DNA from: the human T2T-CHM13v2.0 reference genome, Homo sapiens
Length of the DNA: 64,000 nucleotides
NCBI RefSeq assembly: GCF_009914755.1
Contig: NC_060932.1
Strand: one strand, 5' to 3'
Shown here one piece after another: positions 16,025-29,392 of the stretch. The notes under the pieces were generated by a model, which made no database searches, was not told the origin of the DNA, and was given only the letters and a program-made list of their open reading frames with translations. How positions within the stretch are numbered: the stretch's first letter is position 1; every line of letters starts with the position of its first letter. Made by a program: the position numbers and the translations under genes.

Positions 16025-16231
16025 GAAATTAACATATTCTCTTTGTATGTGACTTAATTAAAAAGAAGAAAATTGAAAGTGATCTCCCCACACATATACA
16101 CAATTCCACTCTTCAGAACCAACCACGTTACCAGTTTGGGGCATATCTTTTTTATAACCATTGTTTTCCCCGTAACATCCATGAGAGAGGAGCTATAAAT
16201 CCCCTCTTTTCAACTGAAGGAACAGAGTCCT
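16025..16231 (+). repeat. Dispersed direct repeat, copy 1 (~207 bp)
   Basis: Aligns by eye to 17722-17932 with ~16 substitutions and 2 small indels. Confidence 0.95.
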
Positions 16232-17721
16232 TGAGAAGAAATGCTATTCTCTAAAAGGGGCTCAGTGCTGCAGAGTGGGGGAAAGACTTCACATCCACAT
16301 CCCAGGGATACACTGGAGAGAAGGTTGGGCTCAACACAGCTATGCCACACAGATCAATTTTTATCTTCCATTCGTTTTTGAACAGGCGCTATATTCACAT
16401 GCCTAAAACTCAGCATTGTGTAAAAAGGTTAATATTGAGAAGTGTCATTGCAACTTCTGACCTCATTCACTTTATTCCCAGTAGAGACAGCTACTTTTAT
16501 TCATTTTTAATATATCTTGCCAGAATTCCTTTATGTAATTAAAAATGAATATGAATATGTGTTCCTACTTTTCTGCTCCAGGTCTATTTTGAAGGAAACT
16601 AGTACTCATAGTTATCCCTGCTGACTCTTGACAAGGCACAAAGGTGTCACCTTAACCAAACAAGTTCTCGAATTGTCTCTAATTCCTTTTGTTCTTTTAC
16701 CATTGGGACTACGGTGTCTCTGAACAATTTCATGGGTACCAAACAACATACTTTATGCAAAGGCATCACATAGTAAATACTCCAAAAGCCTCATTCTTTT
16801 CAAATTGTTATCACTGATTTGTATTTTAGGCTTTAGTGAGAGGAGCAAAATTTTTTATCTGTTCAGACTCCCATCACTGCTCCCCACAACACCCACACTT
16901 CCCAATAACAGAGAAAATAACCCCACAACTTAGGGAAACAGTATGTTTCCCTATTTTAAAAACACATTTTAATACAAAGGTCCAGGGACCTGAATAATAC
17001 ACTTCTGTAATTTAATATGAAAATGAGAGAGTTGAGGGTGACATTGTATGTATCCCTATGATATAATTTGATACAATTTTCCCCCATATGTCCAATTTTG
17101 TGACAGAGAGGTATTGTGTGCTAGTATTGTCTCAAAACTCAATGTCTAGAGAGAACATAATTTTTTAACTTGAATCTCCAGTATCTACAATACCAGGGTG
17201 GTTACAGTCCTTTGCCTCTGAAGGGGGTAAATGAGCAGAATTTATAAATAATTCTACTCTATACAGCGTAGCTTCTATAACTTCTATAACCACAAGGAAA
17301 CCAAGAAATGATGTCAGTCTATTAATGGTACTCTGTTTAGAGCCATATTTCTAAAAGAATTTCAGTGTTAGCAGAAAGTAAATATTTCCAGGTCCATCTG
17401 TTTTAAATCTAATGTTTTTCATCAGAGATATCAATGTCATCCTACAATTCAAGAATAAGCATTTATAAATATTGGTCCAAAGATTAGATACGGCAAGAGC
17501 ATTGCTAAGGGACTTCACACGAGCTGGCACTATAATTGGGCCTGTTGTACACCTAAACATTATCCAATTTAATCAACCAAAGTCCTCATACAAATTGGAA
17601 ATCTGAGGGTAAGAAAGATTTGCCAAGAAGAAAACCCAGAATTAAGCCCAGAATGTTCTAGCTCTAAAGCTCATGCTCTTTTCATCCATTTAATGTCAAA
17701 ATTTCCCAACAATGAATTAGC

Positions 17722-17932
17722 GAAATTAATATATTCTCTTTGTATGTGACTTAATTAAAAAGAAGACAAAAATTGAAAGTGATCTCCCTACACATACGCA
17801 CAATTCCACTCTTCAGAAGCAACCACGTTAACAGCTTGAGGCATATCCTTTTTATAACTATTGTTTTCTCCCACTACATCCAGGAGAGAGGAGCTATAAA
17901 TCCCCTCTTTTCAACTGGAGGAAAAGAGTCCT
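17722..17932 (+). repeat. Dispersed direct repeat, copy 2
   Basis: Same text as 16025-16231 (gaaattaa.atattctctttgtatgtgacttaattaaaaagaag ... gagctataaatcccctcttttcaactg). Confidence 0.95.
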
Positions 17933-18429
17933 CATTCCAGGTTTTCCTAGGAACATCCTCTCTGTCCTTTTACAAGAGAAGCAAACTCACCTTTCCAAAG
18001 AGGAGACTCTCCAGAAGTCTGAACAAGAAGAGATGCTAAAGGAAGTTAACCTGTGACTTCAGAATGTTGCTTTTCACCACATGACTTCTGACTCTCTTCA
18101 AACCTGTGACACAGAACCCCTGAAAGAATAGTTCACTCTTCTCATGGAGGAACGGTGGTGATTTTTGAAACCAAAGATGACATCAATGACCTGTTGTTAA
18201 TAAGATGCATACTTCGAGTTGTTTTTCCAGGAATGGTCAAGATTCGCCGAGTGCCCCTATAGTGAACTGTACACCCCTCCAGTGTGTCTGATTAGAAAGA
18301 AGGGCACAGTGGATGACCACAGAAACCTTTTTCTGTACAATAATATTTGCTACTGCCTATTTAAATCCTTTTTAAATAAAACCAGTTATTTAAAATCAGT
18401 TACTGATTTTTATACCACATACTTTTTTT

Positions 18430-18610
18430 AAAAGTTATTATTTTCACTTTAAATCTCAAAATAGTTCCATGAGGTAGATAGATATTATCATCCTGACTTT
18501 ACAGTTGATGAAAATGAGACAGAGAATTTATATAACTTGCCCCAAACCATACAGCTATTACGTGGCAGAACTGGGATTCAAGCCTCTATCTTTTTTCACT
18601 ATATGATGCC
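18430..18610 (-). mobile_element. MIR fragment
   Basis: atgaggtagata...tttacagttgatgaaaatgagacagaga...aacttgccc...gtggcagaactgggattcaa. Confidence 0.8.
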
Positions 18611-19449
18611 ACTACACAATTTGTGGAGATATAGTCAAAGGGCTTTTTAGTAATACTTTCTATTTGTCAAATCAGATATACTAAAAAGATTTACACTTCC
18701 ATACAACACGAGTTTGGGCATTTTTATTTTAATATAATGATGCATGTGGAAACCACGTCTTAGTAAACAAATATCCAGAGAAAGACTTCAGGATGGACTA
18801 GACTCAAAAACATGAGGCTTTGAACAGAGCTTTCAATAGGCATGGTGACAGTTGTTATGGAAACCATGGCTACACGAAAGCAACCAATGGCACCTCCTAT
18901 CATAGTCAGTAACAGGGACTTCCTAATGAGGGTAGTAGATTGTGTCTGCCCATTGACCACTTGAGAGGTTTCTATTCAAGACTTATACTGCCTCCTCCAT
19001 CCCATCCCTACCTCAGACTCTCTTTGGGGTCTTGAATACAACTAAAATAATCCATCAACCCATATCTGAAAGCAACAAGAAACTTACTACATGTACATAA
19101 ACAGGATGGAGTTATAATAGGGATATAGGGATATTTTAAGTTGAGGCTACCAAGGCATTGCTGCCGTTCCACTGACTCTACTGACGACACCATGCCATCC
19201 TATTTTTGCCACTCTTACACAGCCAACAGAGGCCTTTTTCCATCCCTTCTCTTAAGGGCGCTGCCAGAAAAGGAATCAGAGGTTGGGTTTCTAAGGACTG
19301 GGAATCTACAGATCAGAGTTCCTTACAGAACACATTCTTTTTTTAAAAAAAAAGACCAATTCTATATTTCCTACAGAAATAAGTGCCTCCATTCAAAATA
19401 ATTATTCTTTCTCAGTCTTGGCCACTCACTTTGAATCTCACTGACTGGA

Positions 19450-20985
19450 CCATCCTCATGTTGGGACCTCTAAACTTTGAAGCACCCCAGAGCTCAGTTC
19501 TTAAATCTCTTGTGTTCACTATCCATGCCTACCTCCTCCAGGCCTGTGATTTTAATACAATCTCTATATTGATGACCCTCAAATTTATACTCCAGTCCAA
19601 ATGTATACCTCTGTTCTTGACTTCTCCAACTCACCCCATAATTTTTACATATAAATGCATATTGGTATATAAATTTAACACAGTTGAAATCCAACTTTTT
19701 ATTCCTCCCAAACTCCTCTGCTCATATCTGCTCTTACCCCAGTATCCCGAACTCTGTAAATAACAATTCTATCCTTCCAACTGCTCAGGCCAAAATCTTT
19801 GGCATCATTCTCGACTCTTCTTTTTCATTAACTTTTATTTTAGGTTCAGGAATGAAAGTATAGGATTGTTACATAGATAAACTTGTGTCATGCTGGTTTT
19901 TTGTACAGATTATTTGATCACCCAGGTGTTTAGCCTAGTACCCATTCATTATTTTTCCTGATCCTCTCCCTCCTCCCACCCTCCACCCTCCGAAAGGCTG
20001 CAATGAGTGTTGTTTACCTCTATGTTTCTATGTGTTCTCATCATTTAACTCCCACTTATAAGTGAGAACTTGTGGTATTTGGTTTTCTGTTCCTGTGTTA
20101 GCTTGCTAAGGGTAATAGCCTCCAGTTCCATCTACATCCCTGCAAAGGACATACAGATGCCAGCAAATCCTGCCATATCTACTTGGAAAACATACCCTGA
20201 ATCAAAATACTTATCACTACTTCTACCATTACCACCCTCATCAAAATTACCATCATCCTTTACCTGGACTGTTGCAATAACTTCCCAACTGGTCTCCCAG
20301 ATTCCACACTTGCCCTTTATAGTCTATTATCCACAGGGCATTCAGACAGTTCATTGAAACATCCAATGTTGTCACTCCTCTGCTCAAAATATCCAATGGC
20401 TTCCCATCTCACGAAGAGTGATCTACATGGTTTGGCCATAGCTATTTCTCTGACTTATCAATATCATCATAAATGCCCTTGCTTACAGCATACCAACAGC
20501 CCTGGTCTCCTTGCTGTTCCCTGCGCACATTCAGCCCCCTCCCTTTAAGGGTCTTTCCACTTTCTGTCTCTTGCCAGGAGTGCTCTTTGCCCTAGACATC
20601 CATAAGGCATGTTTCTCACTCTCCTTTAATTTAGGTCACTATTTAAATGAAATCTTATTAGGTAGGCAATTCATGACCACTGTATTTAATATTGTACCTA
20701 ATACACATCACACACACACACATGCACAGGCACACACACATGCATCTTTCTCTTCTATAATTTTATCCTCCTTTATTTTCCTTCATCATATTGTGCTGGA
20801 TCTGACATCTTGAACTTTTGTTTTTTATCTGCTCTCTCAGCTATTAATAGAATATAAACTCCATGAAAAAAAAGAATTTTTCTCATGTTGCTGTTTTCTG
20901 TACAAAAAGTGCCTAGAGAGTATTAGGCACACAGTACGTGCTCAATGGATATTTGTGAAAACATTGAATGGATGAGTGAATGAAA
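19450..20985 (+). mobile_element. L2 LINE remnant interrupted by L1
   Basis: L2 motifs (gctcaggccaaaatctttggcatcattctcgactc; cctggactgttgcaataacttcccaactggtctcc) and 3' end ggcacacagtacgtgctcaat...tgaatggatgagtgaatgaa. Confidence 0.82.
19822..20151 (-). mobile_element. L1PA (PA13-16-like) 3' fragment
   Basis: Antisense 3'UTR: ctcccacttataagtgagaac...ggttttctgttcctgtgttag...ccctgcaaaggacat. Confidence 0.9.
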
Positions 20986-21199
20986 GAAAGTGGCCCAGAC
21001 TCACCTCCACCAACACTCCATTATCTTTTCTGCCAAAGGATGGTTACTATTCCAGCTGCTGACTGGAAGATGGTGGTGAAACTGCTTATTAGATAAATTT
21101 CAGACAGTATCTGAAGGTGTGGAAGGGTGAAGTAGGATGTGGTGGAGTCAAGGGTTAATATTGCCAGAATAATATTGTATGTCTTAAAAGTGAGAGAGA

Positions 21200-21519
<320 letters not shown>

Positions 21520-21552
21520 TCAGATTAAGGCATGGGGTGTGTGTCTGTCTAT

Positions 21553-24155
21553 TTCAGACATCTTTTATAAGTGCACTGTATTAGTCCATTCTCATGCTGC
21601 TGATAAAGACATAACCATAACTGGGTAATTTATAAAGGAAAGAGTTTTAATTGACTCATAGTTCAGCATGGTTAGGGAGGCCTCAGGAAACTTACGATCA
21701 TGGCTGAAGGGGAAACAAACACATCCTTCTTCACATGGCAGCAGCAAGGAGAAGTGCTGAGCAAAAGGAGGAAAAGCCCCTTATAAAACCATCAGATCTC
21801 ATGAGAACTCATTCACTATCACGAGAGCAGCATGAGGGTAACCAACCCCATGATTCAATTACCTCCCACCATGTCCCTCTTATGACATGTGAGGATAATG
21901 GGGACTACAATTCAAGATGAGATTTGGGTGGGGACACAGCCAAACCATATCAGGGCACTAATCCAATTAATAAGGGCTCTATCCTCAAGACCTAGTCACC
22001 TGCCGAAGCCCCACTTTCCAGTGCTATCACTATATGTGATTCGGTTTCAACTTATGAACTTTGAGTGAAGACAAATATTTAGACCACAGCATTCTACCCC
22101 GGCTCCCCAAAATTCATGTCCTTTTCAAATACAAAATATATTTATTTCATCATAATAGCTCCAAAAGTCTTAACACATTTCAGCATCAACTTCAAGGTCT
22201 AAGTGCAAAGTCTCATCTAAATATCATCTAAATTAAATATGAGTAAGACCTAAGGTACAATTCATCCTGAGGCAAATTGCTCTCTAGCTGTGAACCTGTT
22301 AAATCAAATAAGCTATGTGCTTCCAAAATACAATGGTAGGATAGGCATAGGATAGACATTCCCATTCCAAAAGGGAGAAATAGAAAAGAAGAAAGTGGAA
22401 CAGGTGCCAAGGAAGCTCAAAACCAATAGGGCAAACATTATTAAATCTTAAAACTCAAAAATAATCTTCTTCGACTTGATGTCCCACCTTCTGGACACAC
22501 TGGAGTAGAAGGTTGGCCCCGAAGGCTCTGGCTAGCCCCATCCCATGGCTTTGCTGGGCCCAACGCTCACCACAGTTCTTATAGGTTGAAGTTGCATACC
22601 CAAAGCTCCTCCAGGCTAGAAACATGTGCTGCTTGCTCTACAAATCTAGGGTAGCTGTGTTGGCCCAAACCCTACAGCACCACTAGGCATTACCTTAGTG
22701 GTAACTCTCTGCAGTTGCCTAGCCTTTGTGGCTGCTCTCTGCTTGGATCATGTGCACAAGGCTCCAGGCAGCAACATCCTTCAAAATCTAGCTAGAAGTG
22801 CTATGGCTCCATGGCTCATGCACTTTGTATGTGGACAGAGATGGCACCTTGTGGACCCTACCAAGGCTTACCACCCATGTCCTCCAGAAGGGTGGCCACT
22901 ATTGTCCACACCACACCTGGGCCCACTGAACCCACACTTAGGTGGCCAAGGAGCACTGCATCAGAATACCAGGGAATGGTGCCTTGAAATTATTCTGCTC
23001 CCAGGTCCTCACACTCTTGGCCTCTGTTGGGAGGGGCAGTCACGATGATCTTCAAAATGCCTTTCGGGGTCATTCTTGCATTGTCTTAATAAATAACATC
23101 TGGCTTCTGTTGAGATGACCAATCCATGCTAATCTCCTTTTCAAATGATTGCAGAACCACACACTTGTTCTTTCCCCCAAAAAAAGTCTTTCTCTTTTTT
23201 TTCCCAATATGGACAGGCTGAGAAGTTTCCAGATTATTAAGTTTTGTTTCCCTTTGATTAACAATTCCATCTTTAAGTCATTTTTGTCTTTTTTCGTTTT
23301 ACTATATGCAGTTATGAGAAGCTAAACCATACCTTAAACACTTTAGAAATTTCCTCAGCCAAATATCCAATTTCATCACTCACAAGTTCCACCTTCCACA
23401 AAACACTAGAACAGGAACACAATTCAGCCAAGTTCTTTGTGACTTTATAACAAGGTTGCCCTTTCCTCCAGTTTCCAATAACATGTTCCTCATTACCATG
23501 TAAAACTTCATCAGAATGGCCTTTATCATCACTATTCCTATCAACAGTCTGTTCAAGATTGGTGAGGTATTTTCTGAGAAAATTGAGGCTTTCTCTATAG
23601 CTCTCCTCTTTTATTTTTGGGTCCTCAGTAGAATTGTCCTTAACTGTTCATGGCAATGTAGGCTTTTCCTGGCATGTACCTCAAAAGTCTTCCAGCCTCT
23701 ACCCATTTCCTGGTTCCAAAACAGCTTCTACATGTTAGTTCTTTGTTATAGCAACACCCAACTCCTGGTACTAATTTTCTGTCTTAATCTATTCAGACTG
23801 CTAAAACAAAATGTCATAAGCTGGTAGCTTATAAAAACCAAAACTACATATATTTCTCATAGTTCTGGAGACTGTGAAGTCCAAGATCCAGGCACCAGCA
23901 GATTCAGCATCTGGTGAAGTATTATTTCCTGGCTCATAGATGAGCCTTCTTGCTGTGTCCTCATATGGTGGAAAGGGTGAGGAAGTTCTCTCAGACCTCT
24001 TTTATAAGGGCACTAATGCCATTCATGAGGGTTCTACTGTCATGACTTACTCAGCTATTAAATGTCCCACCTCCTAATATCATCACATTGGTGATCAGGT
24101 TTCAACATATAGATTTGATGGATATGAGGTAGATAAAAATATTCAGACCATAGCA
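21553..24155 (-). mobile_element. MLT1A-type MaLR element: truncated LTR (21553-22091), internal region (22092-23779), LTR (23780-24155)
   Basis: Both LTRs share tcttttataag.gcactaat...ggtttcaac...agacca.agca; the internal part begins ttctaccccggctccccaaaattcatgtcc and ends ctcctggtactaattttc, as in MaLR-int. Confidence 0.85.
21577..21952 (-). mobile_element. THE1 solo LTR (THE1C-like) nested in MLT1A LTR
   Basis: tgtattagtccattctcatgctgctgataaagacata ... ggggacacagccaaaccatatca; flanks gtgcac / gggcac. Confidence 0.93.
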
Positions 24156-24368
24156 CATATATGTGTATAATATATAACTCTTGGTTATATTGTAACATGG
24201 AGGCATAGAGCTGTGCTATCTCCTAGGAAGTGCTAAGAGGACATAGATCTCAGACAGCTTAGACATGTGGTAGTAGGCACTGGGTACACAGGTGCACTTA
24301 CTAAAGCAGAGGATTTTATATATAAGCCACAATGTTATTAAGAAAAAATATGCCTCTGAGCACCATAG

Positions 24369-24951
24369 TAAAGGAAATCAAAATATTTCATCCCAAAATA
24401 TACTTCTTTGACATATTTTGAGATGGTTGTACAGAGGGCCCACAGACAGAAGTAGTCCTACAAAGCTCTTTTGTAGGGGAGATTTGTGTCTGTAAACAAT
24501 TTGAATTGATGCATCCAGGTTTTCTCTGAGGCCCTCCTTTGTCTGGATCTATGGAAGATTAACTAAAGATTAACTAAGGATCTGACACTTTTAAAGGCCT
24601 GAAGAGACATTTGTTATCTATATCTCAGAGGGCTGCTATTTCTGAGGTTTCATCTACATCAGGACCACCTGTGCTAGTCAGGCCTCCTATTATCTCCCTC
24701 CCATAACCTGTCTTGCCACCGTATCATGATTTACCACCATGATCTGTTTTTGGCCATGCTCTGAGCCTCCATTCTTTCAGTAATCTCATGATGGTATAAA
24801 ATCATCAACCATTTGGCAGCTTGTTTTGAAATATTATTTTGTAAGAGTCCCATGCACACTAATACATTTGTAGGCCATTTCTCTTTTTAATCTGCCTTTT
24901 GTCAGTTAATTTCTCGGTGAACCTTCAGAAGTTTTTCCCTTGGGCCCTATG
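24369..24951 (+). mobile_element. ERV1 solo LTR (MER34-family-like)
   Basis: aaggaaatcaaaatatttcatcccaaaatatacttctttgacatattttgagatgg start; 4-bp TSD atag (24365-24368 / 24952-24955); subfamily from memory. Confidence 0.78.
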
Positions 24952-26113
24952 ATAGTACCCAACAAATATGCAGACCTTTAAACTTAAGAATGTGAGAATA
25001 GGAGATATACAGAAATCTAGGTGTATGGGCATATCATTAACCCTGGAGAAGATAGCCTGAAGATGGAAGGGCCCATCTACTCTTCTGGAAGGAAGTGACC
25101 CAACCCTGGAAATACAGCAATACTAGATATGTTGTAGAGAAAAGGCTTAAGCACCAGAAGTGGGACACAGAGTGGGTCTGTGTCTCAGAAGCAAAACAAA
25201 GGCCCAGTTTGTGAACTTGAAGCACTAGGTCAGGAGCAACCTGGGAACCACTGGAAAATTTATCTCATAGTGTGGATATATAAGTCATAAGTTCTATTAT
25301 TTTAAGTCAGAATTGATCCTAGATACCATCTTGGGGCTGTTTTAGGGTCCCATGGCCATAGCTAAGGAAAGGAGAATTGCAGAGACTGGAATCTAGGCTA
25401 TGCCAAATACTTCAGAGTGCTACAGTTACACAATTAAGCAACTTAAATATTTAAACAATTTTATTGGATAAAAATTATGTATAGAAACTGAACATTGAGG
25501 ATACATCAATAATGTATCAAGTTAAATTTCTGTGTATGTGGCAGGGAAGACTAGAATTTAAGAAGGAAAAAACATCTCCTTATTCAAGATGCTAAAAATA
25601 CCAGCTTTGTGTGCCATGTTGAACATTACTGTTGAATACAGCCAAGTAATTAAATATATCAAATCTAGCTTACATTTTCCAAGCAAATATAGCAATGCTA
25701 AAAAAGTTTAAAGAAGTTATGCCTCTGTTTAGCATACCCTCCCTAAAAAATACTTTGTTAGTTTTTAAATAACCATAAACAGATAAATTCAAAAGGTAAG
25801 ATTTCCAGAAAATAGGTAATTCTTATTATTTTGGCATAATTGGTTTGAAGAGGGTTTTTTTTTATCATGGCATGATTTTTCCTACCTATTCTCTTAAATC
25901 AAATAACTTGCTTTACATTGCCTCCAGGGAAGAATGTGGCAGGCAGAAAGCAAGAATAGCTTCAGAGACTCTGCATTCTGTGTTCCCAAAACCCAGGACT
26001 TTAGGGAAATTTAAAGTACTCACTTATAGACAAGACCCCAATACCCACTCCTACCTTATATAAAAAAGTATTTCTCCAAGACTAAGGAGGAGATAAAGGA
26101 AAAGGGTAGAGAA

Positions 26114-26141
26114 AGACAGAGAGAGAGAGAGAGAGAGAGAG
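26114..26141 (+). repeat. (GA)n microsatellite
   Basis: About 12 consecutive AG units. Confidence 0.9.
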
Positions 26142-26519
26142 GGGGTGAAAGCCAAGAAATTAATGTGTTCCTGGAAGAGGAGCCTGCACATCCTCTCCAG
26201 CAAAGGCCTACAAAGATTAACAAATCCCAGAAAGAGAGGAAATGGCTACAATGTGCTAGGTATAGAGGTTAATGGAGCCAAACACACTGGCAAAAACTCC
26301 TGGTTATCCAGGATAGCTCAGATGCAGCCAAGACAACTCCCAGGATGGAGGGGCCATAGAGACAAAAGATGTCTCAGTAGCCACCTGCACAGACCGGCTG
26401 CAGGTCAGAGAGGCTCCTGCCAGCCCATGTCTTAGCATTACATGAGGTGCCCTGACCCCTGATAAAACCCTAGAGCAGGAGAAATGCCTCCAAATTTACT
26501 AATATTACATTTTTACCAC

Positions 26520-26877
26520 CCCATACCTCTGCACTGAGCCAAGATAGAGTAACAAGGACCAAATTTACCCTCCTTCCTGAAAGGACAACAATAAAAACAA
26601 AACAGGTTATATAAACCAATGATTCTAAAGACATTGAACATCAACTAATGAGAGACAATGGTCCTTGAGAAATGGGGAACAAAGGAGATAAGCTCTATGG
26701 TTATCCCAGATTACTGCCTTGAGAGCAGGCTCCAGACCGCAGCTCAGGGAGGAGGAACTCAGGCAGAGCCCAGCAGACTATCTGAATTGAGACAAACCTG
26801 CAGAGACCAAGGCTACTAGAGTTTGTCAACCTAGAATTTTATATCCAGCAAAAATATCCTTCAAAAATGAGGGTTGG
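26520..26877 (+). mobile_element. Old L1M host fragment (5' region / ORF1 C-terminus), continues at 35935-36405
   Basis: cctagaattttatatccagcaaaaatatccttcaaaaatga joins ...gtgaaataagactttttcagac at 35942, as in L1 ORF1. Confidence 0.75.
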
Positions 26878-28331
26878 AGTTAGAGGAAAATGACAGACAG
26901 GAGACAGGATTAAATTGCACTTCCCACTCAGACAAACAGAGCAGCATGTGGAGACTCACATCATGAACTTTTACTCCAAGAACTACTGAAGGAACATACC
27001 AGGAAATCCGAGAGAATCCACAGACCCTTTGAAAGAAGTGGATTGTTCCTGCAGGCCCCAGGAGACTGTGAGTGCCCAAAGTCTGAAGGAGGGATCATCT
27101 ACCCACAAACACACACCCTCACTGGGTAACCTGAAGGTCCAGATCACGGGTGAAGGTTTTGACCTCACCTGGAGCTGAGACAACATTAGAGAACTGAGCA
27201 AAATACAGGGGTACAAGAATCAGTGGGAAGAGCTCTGTGGTCTCTCTCAGTCCCCAGAAAAGCCATTTCCAACTTTGTATCACAGAGGTCTTTGGTGATA
27301 GCTGCCAGAGGAACGGGGAAAAGACCACAGGGAGAAGGAAACTTCCAGCTGAACTCTGTAACAATTTCAACCAAACAAATGTTTCCTGGACAGAACGCGG
27401 GGGAAGGGGTGAATCCGGAGTGCAGACACAGCACAGAAACCATGCCAGTGGAGAGGCACAAAAACTGAAAGCCCTGCTTGCTTTCACACCCAGGAATCTG
27501 GTAGTCTGGGGCAAGTTCCCAACCCTGCTCACCCGCTGCCTGGAAACAAACAGTACTGCTGGGTGAGGGCTTGTGGGGCACAGTGAGGGCGAGAGTGGTC
27601 TTTTGGGCTGCATGAGAGTTGGGTGAGGCTTGTAACTGCTGGCTTTCCCCCACTTCCCTGGCAACCTGCATGAAAGAGCAGAAGCAGCCATAATCCCCCT
27701 GGGAACATAACTTCATTGGCCTGAGAACCACACCCCCAGCCCCTTGCAGCAGCTGCAGCAAGCCCCACCCAAGGAAAGTCTGAGCTCAGACACACCTAAC
27801 CCTGCCTTCACCTGATGGTCCTTTTCTACCCACCCTGGTAGCCAAAGACAAAGGACATATTTTCTTGAAAGCTCTAGGGCCCCCAACCACTTCCTGATTC
27901 TCCCTATACTACCATAGCTGATGCTGTCTTAAAAATGAGAACTCCTTGCAGGAGGCCAACCAGCACAAAACTAGTGCAATAAACAAAACTACAACTAAGT
28001 ATCTTCACTTAGTGAATGGACTTCAGAGTCCATTTCACTTCCCTGCCATCTCCACTGGAGCATGTGCTGCTATCCAAGGCTGAGAGACCTGCAGACAATT
28101 TACATTACAGGACTCTGTGCAGACACCCCCCAGCACCAGCCAGGAGCCTGGTATCTCTACTGGGTAGCTAGATCCAGAAAAGAAATAACAATCACTAAAG
28201 TTCAGCTCTCAGGAAGCCACATCCCTAGGAAAAAGGGGAGAGCATTACATCAAGGGAGCACCCTGTGGAACAAAAGAATCTGAACAGCAGACCCTGAGCC
28301 CAGGATATTCCCTCTGACATAGTCTACCCAA

Positions 28332-29306
28332 ATGAGAAGGAACCAGAAAAGCAATTCTGGTAATATGACAAAACAAGGTTCTTTAACACCCCCAAAAGAT
28401 CACATTAGCTCACCAGCAACAGATCCAAACCAAGAAGAAATCATTGACTTGCCAGAAAAAGAATTCAGAACATCAATTATTCAGCTAATCAAAGGTGCAC
28501 CAGAGAAAGGTGGAATGCAACTTGATGAAATTGTTTAAAAAGATAGAAGATATGAAGGGGAAAATCTTCAGTGAAATACATAACATAAATAAAAAACAAT
28601 CACAACTTCCAGAAATGAAAGACACACTTAGAGAAATGCAAAATGCCCTGGAAATTCTCAGCAATAAAATTGAACAAGCAGAAGAAAGAACTGCAGACCT
28701 TGAAGACAAGGTTTATGAATTAACCCAATCCCAAAAAGACAAAGAAAAAAGAATTTTTAAAAAATGAACAAAGTCTCCAAGAAGTTTGGGATTATGTTCA
28801 ATGACCAAACCTAGGAATAACTGGTGTTCCTGAGGAAGAAGAGAAATCTAAACACTCAAAAAACATACAATGGAATAATCCAGGAAAACTTCCCTTGCCT
28901 TGCTAGAGATCTAGACATCCAACTACAAGAAGCTTAAAGAACACCTGGGGAAATTTATTGGAAAAAGATAATCTCCTAGGTACATAGTCATTAGGTTATC
29001 TAAAGTCAAGAGAAAGAAAAGAATCTTAGGAGTTGTGATGCAAAAGCACCAGGTAACCTATAAAAGAAAACCCAGCAGAAAGGCTACGAGGTAGAAGAGA
29101 TTAGGGACCTATATTCAGCCTTCTAAAACAAAACGGTTATTAGCCAAGAATTTTGTATCCAGCAAAACTAAGCTTAGTAAATGAAGGAAATATACAGTTT
29201 TTTCAAACAAATGCTGAGAGAATTTGCCACTACCAAGGCAGCACTACAAGAACTGCTAAAAGGAGCTCTAAATCCTGAAACAAATCTTCAAAATACACCA
29301 AAATAG
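28332..29306 (+). pseudogene. Disrupted L1 ORF1p
   Basis: ORF fragments MRRNQKSNSGNM...LPEKEFR and IEQAEERTADLEDK (coiled coil); frameshifts and stops. Confidence 0.9.
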
Positions 29307-29392
29307 AACTTCTTTGAAACATAAATCTCATAGGACCTATGAAACTAAAACAAAATAAATTTTTAAAAGGTATTCAGGCAACAAATAGCACA

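Noticed and set aside
16025-17932. LTR pair of a small retroelement
   Set aside because: No TG...CA termini, TSD, primer-binding site or polypurine tract, and the spacer contains unrelated L1/MIR remnants.
27119-27795. Longest ORFs in the track (190-191 aa, minus strand)
   Set aside because: They lie antisense within the L1PB 5'UTR, overlap in several frames and show no recognisable domain.
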